Source: Marsupella aquatica (lineage: Eukaryota; Plantae; Marchantiophyta). From it: a DNA stretch of 64,000 nucleotides. The DNA is taken from assembly GCA_973895155.1 (NCBI GenBank), contig OZ316898.1, forward strand, positions 8,481,079 through 8,545,078. Direction: 5' to 3'. Shown here piece by piece: positions 1 through 11,172 of the stretch; positions within the stretch are counted from its first letter, which is position 1, and the number at the start of each line of letters is the position of its first letter. Below the pieces are notes generated by a model, which had not been told where the DNA came from, made no database searches, and worked only from the letters and a program-made list of their open reading frames with translations. The translations under genes were made by a program, and so were the position numbers.

Positions 1-771
1 AAGGCTCTTGTTTTCTCACAATGGACTTCGTGTCTCGACATGCTTGAGCCACACATTCTGAAGGCTGGTCTAAAGTTCACAAGGATTGATGGAGGAATGA
101 ATTCCAATGTCAGAGAACAAGCCTTGAATGATTTCAAGATGACCCCAGAGGTACAACCGTCATTAGCCGTGCAGATCGGTGTCTGTATTTGTTCAAAGGG
201 TAAACTCTTTATATTCTAATTAAACTGTTTCTACTCATTTCATGCAGATCAGCATTATCCTCTTGTCCTTGATGGCAACGAACACAGGACTCAACATCAC
301 TGAGGCTACACATGTTCTTATGGTAGACGGGTGGTGGAATCCCACGGTAGAGGACCGGGCCGTCGATCGGTCACATCGTATAGGGCAACCAAGGCCGGTG
401 AAAGTCGTCAGGTTTATCGCCGAAGATTCGATTGAGTTGAAGATTTTGGAGCTGCAGGTAAGATTAGAAGTGCTTGCGTGGACTGCAAGGTGAATAAAGT
501 CACTCTGTGTATGGGGTATTATTGGGGTATTTCAGTTCGCGTGCTTTGCCTATCAATTCCTGCACGCACTCACTAGTAATGATGAATTACGAATTCCATA
601 TATGTGGTCTCTAATTGTATGCATGTTGTATGTTTTGTGCAGAACAAAAAATGAGTGATGATCAGGGACATCATGTATGGCTGTGCAACCGGGAAAAAAG
701 ATAACATGGAACAAAATCTGGAGTTCATACTGGGAGAGAATCGGCAGCAGAGGTTCAATGCATCAGAGTAG
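1..771 (+). pseudogene. 3' end of a RAD5/RAD16-like SNF2 helicase gene (helicase-C domain); exons 1-150, 248-457, 643-771; probably degenerate
   Basis: Spliced translation [33 protein letters not shown]..|ISIILLSLMATNTGLNITEATHVLMVDGWWNPTVEDRAVDRSHRIGQPRPVKVVRFIAEDSIELKILELQ|NKK*VMIRD.. with GT-AG introns. In-frame TGA at 652-654; motifs V/VI deviate from consensus (ATNTGLN for AGGVGLN, EDRA for EEQA). Confidence 0.85.
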
Positions 772-2544
772 CTAGATGAGTTTTAGCTAAGGTTCTCTTC
801 GGTGCTTGAGTCAGTTAGGCAGTGACACTCTTACTGTTCGTTACTTGTCAATGCCACTCTCGTTTCCTCCCGTTGTGATTTTAGTGCAGCGGGACAACGA
901 TGAGACTAGGAGGACAGAGCCTGAGTGGGTCTTTCCTTGCCACATATGTACCTGTTCGAGCCTCCTGCGTGAGCATTATGAATTGAAAACTTCATCTTTG
1001 AATCATGTCCACTGTTTCTCATATCCACTGTTTCTTTGGTATTCTTTCTTGTGTTCTTTTGTGTGTGTCTAGGGTTTAGGTTATGCACTTACAAGACACA
1101 CCAAATGATTACCCTAGGGACATAGGTAATTTACAAGCATAGCAGCCAGTCCACTACAAGGAGATTTGGTTCCCTACTAAATATGGGACAAATACCTTAC
1201 TATGAATCGCTTTGATAAGAGGGGAATGAATTCCCAACTCATCTTCTGGAAATTACCCCCAATAGTAAGGGGGCGGGGAGCATGAGGTACGTTGGGGTTA
1301 ATTTCCCTACTTACCCCCTATATTCCCCTCTTTCAAACTCCTAACCTTGCAGATCTTCCTTGTGTTCAAACTAGCTAGCCAGCTAGCCCGCTGCAGGAGG
1401 CTCGGTAGGAAGGCCAGGTTGTATCTCAATATATGAGTGGATCTGGCTTTGGTGCATGATTATACTGCTAAGAGGACGGCAGAGAAGTCTGCTTGTTAAT
1501 CCCTCGTACTCCATGGAAATCCATGGCAACCCAACTCTACTACAATGAAAATAGCTAGCTTCACAGAGAGCAGCTTGGGGCGAACAGTTCTAATTCTCCT
1601 CATAATTATGTTGCCTCATGTTGCACCAACTGTCCACAATTGTGCCAGGCTGCAGCGCGCTAGTTGCATCAATATCTGACAAGAAACCGATGGATACCGA
1701 TATAGTCCCAGCTAAGGTCAGTCAGCCTGTAGGCACAATCATGAAGAGATTCGAGCAAGGAGGTAGCATGCATCCTCACCAACCAGTGTCGTCTTGCAAG
1801 GTCTCGCCCTTTCAATGTTACCAGAAATCGGATGGAATAACACACATTCGGCGAAGCTCATTATCCGAACTTCCGAGCTCATTATAGGTACACCAAAGTA
1901 AATTCCAGGTATCAAAGCTAATCAATCACCCATTTGCCAGAACCTGAAAGTAGCATTATGTATATATAGCTTCTTGATAGATCTTGCCCTTCTCAAAGTC
2001 TCCCTGTTACTGTCGTCATGCATCTTATTGTTGAGACGGCTCCCTCACCCACTTTCTTTCCCGCTCAGTTGCCACGATGGATGGGCAGATTCTCAGCTGT
2101 AAACCAAACATAGATTAGAAGAAATTCGAACTCTAATTATAAGGATATTCTTCATTTGCTTCAACTCCGGCATCAACCCCTTTAATGTATAAAACACTGT
2201 ACTGTATAATAGGGCACAATGTCTGAGACAATACACTCACTGTAATGTGCATTCAGAAGCAATTCAACATGATCGAAGCTAGCTTGCTGACTTCGCATTG
2301 TCTCTCCCTACAATTTCAGTTCTCTACTCAAAGCTAAAGTGAAACACTGTTCATGCAATCATAATTTTTTATGAGATCGAGGCCAGTCTAATCTGGAGCC
2401 CTGATCTACAACTGTGAATTGTTTGATTCGAAACCTGCGTATAGTTTGACAAGCCACACTAACTATCACTGACCCGAGTTTAATTTAAATAACTCCTGCA
2501 GATTGAAGCACGGTTCATGAGCACTGATCCTTAAAGAGTGAACG

Positions 2545-4920
2545 TCAGACCAAAGGCTTCCGGAAAGCAAAAGTACCTGCTTCTCCGTTCGAATTGTGCA
2601 TATTCATTTCCGCTGCAGCGGTCATCTGGTCAGATTCCTGGTGCATCATCTCTGTATTGTCTACCATCTCTTGGTCCATCGGCAGGTCTCCATTCTTCGG
2701 ACTCCAGTTCGATCCAGTGTGGGTCATTTCTGAATCGTCCCTACGTCCCATCATTTCTGAATCCCTTCGGCTCATGTGCATAGTTCCGGAGGTACTGCGG
2801 CTGTCCGCTCCATTCATGCATGAACTTTGGCCATCAATGATCTTGTCATCACTATGTCCCATGAATTCTGAATCCCTTGGGCTCAAGTGCATGATCTCGG
2901 AGGTACTCCTGCAGTCTGCCCCATTAGTGCATGAACTTCGGCCAGTGATTTCCTGAGCATGCCTACGTTCCATTATTTCTGACTCGTCCCTACGTCCGAT
3001 CATTTCTGAATCCCTCCCGCTCATATATATGCACGGCCCCGGAGGTCCTCCGGCAGTCAACTCCATTGGTACATGAACTTGCGCCAGTGATCTCCGCGGT
3101 GGACCTGGTGAAGCGGTTCGAGGTCGAGCCCCGCATGTTTGAACTCCTCCTTTCCGCATCAATGGGGCCAAAATGCCCATCTCGGCTGGCCTCCATAGCC
3201 CCGGCAGCTGTAGATTTGGTCATTCCTTGGTTGGCCATCGGCGAGGTCTCCTGTGTGTTAGCCATCTTCTTTGCAGCTTCATTTATTGCGGAGGTCGTTC
3301 TCTCCATCTTCACCCACTTTGGAGATGACATTATCTCTCGATCATTTCGCGTCCGATGCTGTCTCGCCGCCATGGGTTCCTCATTCTGGGCGATATTTGT
3401 GTGACAGTCACCGTTGCTGCAGGAGCTCATTCTCCCTCGTGTTGTTAATTGCATCGTTTCCATCGATCGGGGGTTGTTGTCGGCCTCGGCCATGCGACAG
3501 TCAGCTCCTCCAAGTCTGCAAGAACTGAGCGATAAGTCATGATTTCTCTGGGAGATGTGCATTTTCTGAGAGCCTTGAAGTTCTCCATCAATAGCAGCGT
3601 CGCAGTCAGCTCAATTCATTCCGAAGCATCTTTCTGCTGCTGTAGAGGAATCAATTCAGCTTCGGAGTTCCCCGATTGTGAGCCCATATTCATCTCGGCA
3701 TCTGGACGCCTAGAGCTAAGGGGCATGGTTTCGTGCTCCATGGCTCTTGAATCCGTCCTATGGCCGGCCCCAAGGCGATCGCTGCTGCTGCGACAGTCTT
3801 TTCCTTGGCAGAAAGTTGTAGATGATTGCTGCCGTTCCATCATGTTTCCCATCATTGACCGAGCTGCGTTCGAGTTTCGCATTGTACGAGAATTAGCACT
3901 CGTCTGCTCCCAGCCTTGCATGTTGGCAGAGTTTCTCGTCCTCTCCAAGTCTCCTCTCCTGGGGAGATTGTTCATTTGTTCTGCATCTCCCATCGTCTCT
4001 GATCCAAGTCCCTTCTCGCCGTCAAGATTATTGTGCATCTGACCTGAGTCCATCACTGTTAGCGTCTCTTGTGCTTTCTAGGTCTCTCCTCCCCTCTGAG
4101 GTCCTAGCGCTGTACGAGTCTTGCATCATTTCTGATTGCTCGTGCTGAGCATTTCCAAGGGCGGCACTACTCCATGATTCGGAATTTCTCAAATTCGCCG
4201 CAGATTCTCCGACTCTGTTTTGGTCCATCATCTGGTTCGTGTCCCTCCTACTCGATCTCAGAGTTCAGCATTTCCTCCAAGTGTCTACTTGACCTCTCAT
4301 GGACCTCCATTGTATCCATTTGTTGCGAGTTCCTCATGTTGTGAGAGTCTTTCAACCCATCTGAGTCCATCATCCTGTCCGAGTTTGGTATCATCTGCGA
4401 GTCTCTCATGCTTTGGGTGTAGCTCATTCCTTCCGAGTCTATCATCTTCTGCGCATCTCTCATTCCGTCCGAGGCTATCATTCTGTGCGAGTCTCTCATC
4501 GACATATCAGAGTCTATCATTCCCTGTGAGTCTCTCATCTTCTGTGAGCCTGAGCTCAATCTCTCCGAGCCTCTGGATCTATCTGAATCTATGTCTCTCA
4601 TCTTTTCTGCGCTCCACTCTGCTCTAGACTGTGACTCCTGTCTGGTCCTTTGTGAGTCCCTCAACCTCTGTGGGATTCTGATTCTCTTATCAATATCACT
4701 CATTGTATCTGCTGAGTCTGTGATCCTCTCCGAGTCACTCATCCTGTCCATTCTAGGGTCGATCATTTTCTCCAACTCACTCAGATGTCTATGTGCCGTG
4801 TCTCCCATCCATTCGGACTTCTCCCTCATCCTGTCGGAGTCTCTCAGGGACGTCTGATCCTCTCTGTCTGTTGGATTCTAGACTTCAATGCTCCATATTC
4901 ATATTTTTGGGCTCAGAGTC
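2545..4920 (-). pseudogene. Long Met/Ser/Asp/Arg-rich low-complexity ORF of unknown function, frameshifted; 5' part continues at ~10470-10550 beyond the copia insertion
   Basis: Overlapping minus-strand ORFs 4248-4829, 4028-4231, 3616-4056, 2990-3562 and 2545-3180 share composition and internal repeats (RDSEMMG, SSCxNGADxRxTS). They join across frameshifts, and the copy-2 frameshifts are partly at different sites. Confidence 0.6.
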
Positions 4921-5363
4921 TCTGAAAGGGATTTTCTCCCTTTACTGTTCTTTGTCTCGACGTTCTTTCTGTAGTTTTGTGAATTTTCCTGCACCGCTTA
5001 CTGTCCTTACATGTAAAAGGACGCGGGGTGTTTTGACAGCGGGGACTCAACACGTGTTGTGCTCTGCTCTCCCCGCTCCTGTCTAGTGGATGCTCGATCC
5101 TCATGTTTATCCTGTTAAGAATTCAAACTAGCTTTTCTCCCCGGGCGAGTAATGCTCTTGGTTGAAGTACTTATGTCTGGTTTGATTCTCGGGGTACTCA
5201 GAGTTCAATATTCAATAGAGGATTCGAAGCTTATTCACTGGAACTCATGGACTCGATGTTTACTATTTTCTGTCTCCAATTCTCACAGCATTGAGTTCCT
5301 CACGTGTATTCTCTTCACGTACTTCCGTGTGCACTTTACCTCGTTTTGATACTCCTGATCATA
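4921..5363 (+). repeat. 5' LTR of copia element 1
   Basis: Direct repeat of 10022-10464; termini TC(TG)...TA. Confidence 0.97.
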
Positions 5364-5435
5364 GGTTACGGGCCTTTATTTGATCAATACTCTCATCATT
5401 TTACCTCTCCCGGCTTCCTTCTTTTGAGGTTTCTC

Positions 5436-8400
5436 ATGGCATTCACATATCGCGATTCTAGTCATCTGTTGCCTAAACTTGAAGGAGGCTCGAACTATGA
5501 GCAGTGGAATTTACTTGTCTCCTCTAGTCTTGCATCTTCAGGCGGGTGGAAATTTGTTGATGGTACTGCAGTTCCTCCGGTACAAGAAGTGGACGAGAAG
5601 GCCTATCAGTTTCAAGCTCGTTTAGAATCTTACAATGCTCAAGCTGCACATGGTCGTATGATTATTCTCTCTACGTGCAAACCACACATTCAAAGTATGC
5701 TAGCATCTGTGCTCACTGCGGCCGCTTGCTGGGATAAGTTGAAGCAGACATACCAGCCTCAAGGCATCATTCAGAAGCACAACACTTGGGTGACTTTCGT
5801 CAAACTTCAATACCGTGGTGAAGATATGGAGATTTTTACTACAAAATACCGAGATGCTCTTGATCGGTGTGCTGCCGTTGGAATTGTTGTTGATTCTGCT
5901 GTCCAAACCATGCAATTCATACACAGTTTGGATAAGCATTATGAGCATTGGACAGCCAATGTTCGAGATCACCTTCGGCCCAATCCAACCGCTTCTCCAT
6001 CTCTTGATTCTTTGTTACAAGAAGCCAAGGACGAATATCATCTGGCTGTGATTGCTCCCACTCCGATGCAGCTCAATGTGACAACGTCCAATCCCCGGCC
6101 TCCTTCGACGTCGCTCTCCAAGGAAATTTGCAAGTATTGCCGTTTACCTCGTCACAAGGAGGAGACCTGCTACTACAAACATTTACACTTGCGACGTCCG
6201 GGTTGGTAGCCAAATACACTTGTTATGGAGCGCATTCAACAGCGTCTTCAAGGTACCAATAATGTTCAGGCTTCTCCTTCTTCTGCTCCTGTACACGACT
6301 CTTCTCCATATCTTGATCTCTTTAATTTTGTGCAGTGCTCTCATTCGGCACAATTGACAGAGCTTCAAGCAGTTGATACGGGCACATGGATTGCAGATTC
6401 AGGCGCCAATCATCACTTCTGTAATAACCAGAAGCTTTTTCATGACTACACTGCCGATCCGCTTTCCATCAATACGGGTGCTGGTCAAATCATTTCTCCT
6501 GGATATGGCATTGTTGATCTCTCATTACGATGCACTGACCAATCCTTTCGACATATTCGTTTACACAATGTTCGATACATGCCTAGCAGCGAATTGAATA
6601 CTATCTCAGAGCATCTTCTTGAAAAGAAGGGAGTCTATTGGCATGGCTGGGAGTCCCGCTTTATCATACAGGTTACTGGTCACGAACTCGGGGGTCTCAC
6701 TTCCACAAAAATGGCATATCACGTGCGACGAAGGATAGGGTCATTTTATTGGTTCTAAGGGAAGACTTAAGAATTTTTGTAGAAGAACAATAGGGTCTTT
6801 TAAATTCAATTTTGAGACTTATAAGAATATAAGGGTCTTTTTAATCCAAATTTTAGAATATTCCAAGAATATTCCAACTTTATAGGGGTTAAAAAATAAT
6901 TTTTTTTTCTTACATTAGGGGGTCCGAGGCCTAAAAACGTCGCAGGCGATGGGGAGGTCCCCATATAGTGAGACCCCCGAGGTCACGAATTTGCCACTGC
7001 AAAATGGCTTGATGGTCTTAAGGTCTTGACGATTCAATCTACATCTTCTTGTGTCCCTGATAAGAGCCATTTTTACGCCCAAACAGTTACTCTACCTCTC
7101 CTTCATCGAAGATTTGCACATCTTCATTCTGATGGCCTCCAGAAAATCATCCAACAGGAACACATTACGCTTTCTGGTTCTCACACTTTGCCATCCTGTG
7201 AAGTATGCGCTTTGGCCAAATCTTCTCGTGTGATTTCTCGCGAAACTCACACTCGGGCTTCTGCTCCTTTTCAGAAAATCCATCTTGACCTGTGTGGTCC
7301 CATCGCTACTGTTGGCATTCGAAATCAGAAGTATTTTCTTCTTCTTACTGATGATCACTCATGTTTTCGTTGGGTCTACTCTATTCAGAGTAAGAGTCAA
7401 GCTGTCCCTATTGTCCAACAATTTTTTACGGCTATTCAAACTCACTATGCCACCATCATTGCATCTCTTCATTGCGACAATGGCACTGAGTTTGGCAGTC
7501 AGCAGTTTCTGACTTTCTTATCAACCCAAGGGTGTACCATGACCCATTCAGCTCCATACCACCATACTCAGAATGGTATTGCTGAACGATCTAATGGTGT
7601 CATTACAGAGCGGGCTCGTGCGATGTTGCTTGACTCTCATCTTCCACCCCGACTCTGGCCAGAGGCTATTAATGTTGCAGTGTACATGACCAATCGTTTG
7701 CCGACAACTGCAAACACGCTTTCTTTATCCCCAGTTGCTGCCTTGAATGAACCATTTCATCGCCAGTTCAATTCAAATATTTCTCATCTACGCGTCTTTG
7801 GAGCACTTGCTTACGTTCATATACCCCCAGAGACTCGACCTCGTGGTGAGAAGTTTGCTACTCGAGCTAAGAAGGGATACTTGGTTGGATACGGTGATGG
7901 CTTGAATTACCGTATATGGTTTCCGGATACAAATGAGTTTGCGGTGTCTGCATACGTTTCCATTGATGAAACGCCACGCACCACCTCTCCATTAGAGGCG
8001 AGTACATCTTCTGATTCAAGTTTCATTCATCTCGACGTCCCATATGATATTACTTCTCTTATTCCTCCACTTGCAATTGCGGGTTCTATTCTGCCGAGCA
8101 CTCCATTTGTTCCATCTCTCATTGATGGCCAGTCACAATCCGGCCCTTCGTCTACGGCCAATACTCTCGACTCTGTGGAATGTTTTGACAATAACAATTT
8201 AATTCCTTCTATCTTTCCCCCTTTGGGTGCAATCTCGCCACAAGAATTGACAGCAGACCTCACAGCTGCAATATCTAATATACCTTCAGCTCCTCGACAT
8301 TCTGAGCGATCTACGCGGGGAATCCCTCCGCCTCGATTTTCTACTTCTTTGCTGACACGCATTCCATCCACGCTGCTTTATTCTTATTCAGCCGCACTAT

Positions 8401-10026
8401 TTTCAGCCTCCTCTGAGGTGCCTAAGACACACAAGGAGGCCATGTCTAGGCCGGATGCTGATTTATGGCAAGTTGCAGAGAAGAGAGAGTTTAATCAACT
8501 TACGAAGTTGAATGTTGCACGTTTAATCCCTTTACCTGTTGGTGCACGTCTTCTCCCATCAAAATGGGTGTACACACAGAAAGCAGCGGGCATCTACAAG
8601 GCACGTTTCGTAGCTCGTGGCGATAAACAACGACCAGGGGAGGATTACGGGGATACTTTTGCATCAGTGGTCCGTCCTGAGACTTTCCGTGCTATCATGG
8701 CTAATGTTGCTGCATTAAATGTTGAGGCTAAGTGTTATGATATTGTTACGGCTTTTTTGAATGCTCTAATGGCTGGTCAAGCTCCAATCTATGTTCGACC
8801 ACCTCCTGGCTACGAAACCTACGATCATCTGGGCCAGCTTCTTGTTTGGCTGCTTTTACGAGCTTTGTATGGCTTGCGCCAGTCTCCACGCCTTTGGTAC
8901 ATCGAAATCACCGCATACTTAGCTTTGCAGGGCTTCTTTCCTTTACCCTCAGATCCTTGTGTTCTTAAGAATTCTGATGGCGATCTTATTGTCTTATGGG
9001 TGGATGATATTATTACCGTTTCAAAAACTCTTAGCGGCAGTGCGTCTATGAAGTCCATCCTCTCCTCCAAGTATGAGGTTCATGAGCTCGGAGATCTGAC
9101 TGAGTATTTAGGGCTTGCCATCTATCGTGATCGTAGCCAAGGTGTCCTTTACCTTGCCCAACAGAAATATGCTCTTAAGGTTCTTTCTCGTTTTCATATG
9201 GAGTCGACTCTTCCTTTGTCTGCTCCTTCTAGCGGCACTGATCGCCTGCTCCCAAGTGAAATCCCTGCTACACATGATCAGAAGCAGTTGTATCAAGCCA
9301 TGATTGGCTCTCTCACGTACCTTGCAGTATGGACGAGACCTGATCTTTCTGAGCGTTGTTCTCGACTTGGCCAGTTTGCTCATAATCCGGCCTCCGAACA
9401 TCAGAGTTGTGTCAGGCACATTCTTGGTTATCTTCGAGGCACTGTTAATCTTGGCCTCAAATATGAAGCTGTTTCTTCTCCTGGCATTGAAATTCATTCA
9501 ATGAATTTTCAGGGCTATTGTGATGCATCTTTCGCTGATAACAGTGTGGATCGAAAGTCTACATCTGGTTATCTCTTCAAATTAGCAGGCGGTGCCATCA
9601 GCTGGAAATCTCGGAAGCAGCCAATCATCACCACCAGCAGTACGGAGGCTGAATACGTCGCCTACTCAATTGCTTGCAAGGAAGCTATCTGGTTGCGGCA
9701 GCTTCTACAGCAGCTCGATCTCTGCACTTCAGACATTACGACGGTTGTGATCTATGGTGACAATAAACCAGCAATTGCATTAACCATCAATCCTGAGCAT
9801 CACGCTCGGACCAAAAAACATTGAAATCCAATGGCATTATGTACGTGAACAGGTTCGCCAAGGGCATGTGCAGATCAAATATTTGTCTACTGAAATTATG
9901 CCAGCTGATGGTTTAACGAAACCGCTTGCTGGAATACGTTTCCAACGATTCATTGAACTCCTTGGTCTGGTTTTGTTTCCTTCTGCACCAAACACACAGA
10001 AGATCGTCGATCCGGGGGGTGTGTGA
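5436..10026 (+). pseudogene. Copia gag-pol polyprotein (Gag with zinc knuckle, protease, integrase, RT, RNase H)
   Basis: CKYCRLPRHKEETC knuckle; WIADSGANHH protease; HRRFAH..CEVC, LHCDNGTEF, QNGIAER integrase; YKARFVARG, LYGLRQSPRLW, LWVDD RT; YCDASFAD, TEAEY, GDNKPA RNase H. Lesions: in-frame TAG 6207-6209, MITE 6687-6981, +1 frameshift near 9815. Confidence 0.96.
6687..6981 (+). mobile_element. MITE family A (295 bp) inserted in copia pol
   Basis: 15 bp TIR CTCGGGGGTCTCACT...AGTGAGACCCCCGAG; 8 bp TSD GTCACGAA (6679-6686, 6982-6989). Removing it restores the frame QVTGHE-FATAKWLDGLKVLTIQ. Confidence 0.95.
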
Positions 10027-10464
10027 AAGGGATTTTCTCCCTTTACTGTTCTTTGTCTCGACGTTCTTTCTGTAGTTTTGTGAATTTTCCTGCACCGCTT
10101 ACTGTCCTTACATGTAAAAGGACGCGGGGTGTTTTGACAGCGGGGACTCAACACGTGTTGTGCTCTGCTCTCCCCGCTCCTGTCTAGTGGATGCTCGATC
10201 CTCATGTTTATCCTGTTAAGAATTCAAACTAGCTTTTCTCCCCGGGCGAGTAATGCTCTTGGTTGAAGTACTTATGTCTGGTTTGATTCTCGGGGTACTC
10301 AGAGTTCAATATTCAATAGAGGATTCGAAGCTTATTCACTGGAACTCATGGACTCGATGTTTACTATTTTCTGTCTCCAATTCTCACAGCATTGAGTTCC
10401 TCACGTGTATTCTCTTCACGTACTTCCGTGTGCACTTTACCTCGTTTTGATACTCCTGATCATA
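10022..10464 (+). repeat. 3' LTR of copia element 1
   Basis: TGTGAAAGGG...CTGATCATA, followed by TSD GAGTC. Confidence 0.97.
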
Positions 10465-10788
10465 GAGTCCCTCACCCACTCGGAGTTGTCGTCATGATTA
10501 GCCATCTTCTGGTCAGAACTCCTCGCCAATGCAGCGGCTGAGTCCATGAAGCTTAGGCTGTTCGTCGACTTAGCTGACTGGTGCATCGTGTCAAGATCTT
10601 GCTCCATTGTACTCCTCGTTTGGCAGCTCTCTCTTCCGGCGCATGCATTGGTCGACGCAGCAGTACCGGATGGTAGAGCTGCGCCGTCCAGCAGGTCCGC
10701 CCCATATTACGACTAGGATGGGAAGGACAGGCCCAGCAAATATCTGAGTTCGGACCTGGCACTTTGATGCAAAAAGAAGAAACAGGGG

Positions 10789-11172
10789 ATGGATATTTTG
10801 ATCCCGGCAACCTGCCTTAGGGAAGTGACAGAACGAGGTTTTGTGGGTACGTCTTTGAGTGTACTCTTAGATCCCAGGCTTAATGGTAGCTTTGATGAAG
10901 AGCAGGCGAAGAGGACGCTGAAGGTGGCATTTTGGTGTATTCAAGAAGCACCTGAGGACAGACCCAACATGCGGGAAGTTGTCTTAATGCTGGACGGAAA
11001 GTTGCAGATTTTTGACCCGCCTTCTGTAAGATTTACGGGTTTGAACAAAAGAATCCAAAGCATGGAAAGAGAAAAGTTGCGACGGCTGGCTTTTGGTGAG
11101 ACTACCATCACAGGAGAACAATGCTCTCCATCTTTTATCGCCACTCAGACTGTGGTAGTAAATCCGAGATAA
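10789..11172 (+). pseudogene. C-terminal fragment of a receptor-like Ser/Thr kinase (subdomain XI and tail)
   Basis: LLDPRLNGSFDEEQAKRTLKVAFWCIQEAPEDRPNMREVVLMLDG matches the plant RLK C-lobe end; no upstream kinase subdomains are present. Confidence 0.85.

Larger units (their letters stand above)
4921..10464 (+). mobile_element. Full-length Ty1/copia LTR retrotransposon, very recent
   Basis: 443 bp LTRs at 4921-5363 and 10022-10464, differing by eye only at base 2. 5 bp TSD GAGTC (4916-4920, 10465-10469). PBS GGTTACGGGCC at 5364; G-rich tract before the 3' LTR; gag-PR-IN-RT-RH order. Empty site at ~34523 in copy 2. Confidence 0.98.

Noticed and set aside
6207-6215. Programmed stop-codon readthrough between gag and pol
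   Set aside because: The context TAG CCA AAT does not match the CARYYA readthrough signal; a CAG>TAG mutation is simpler.
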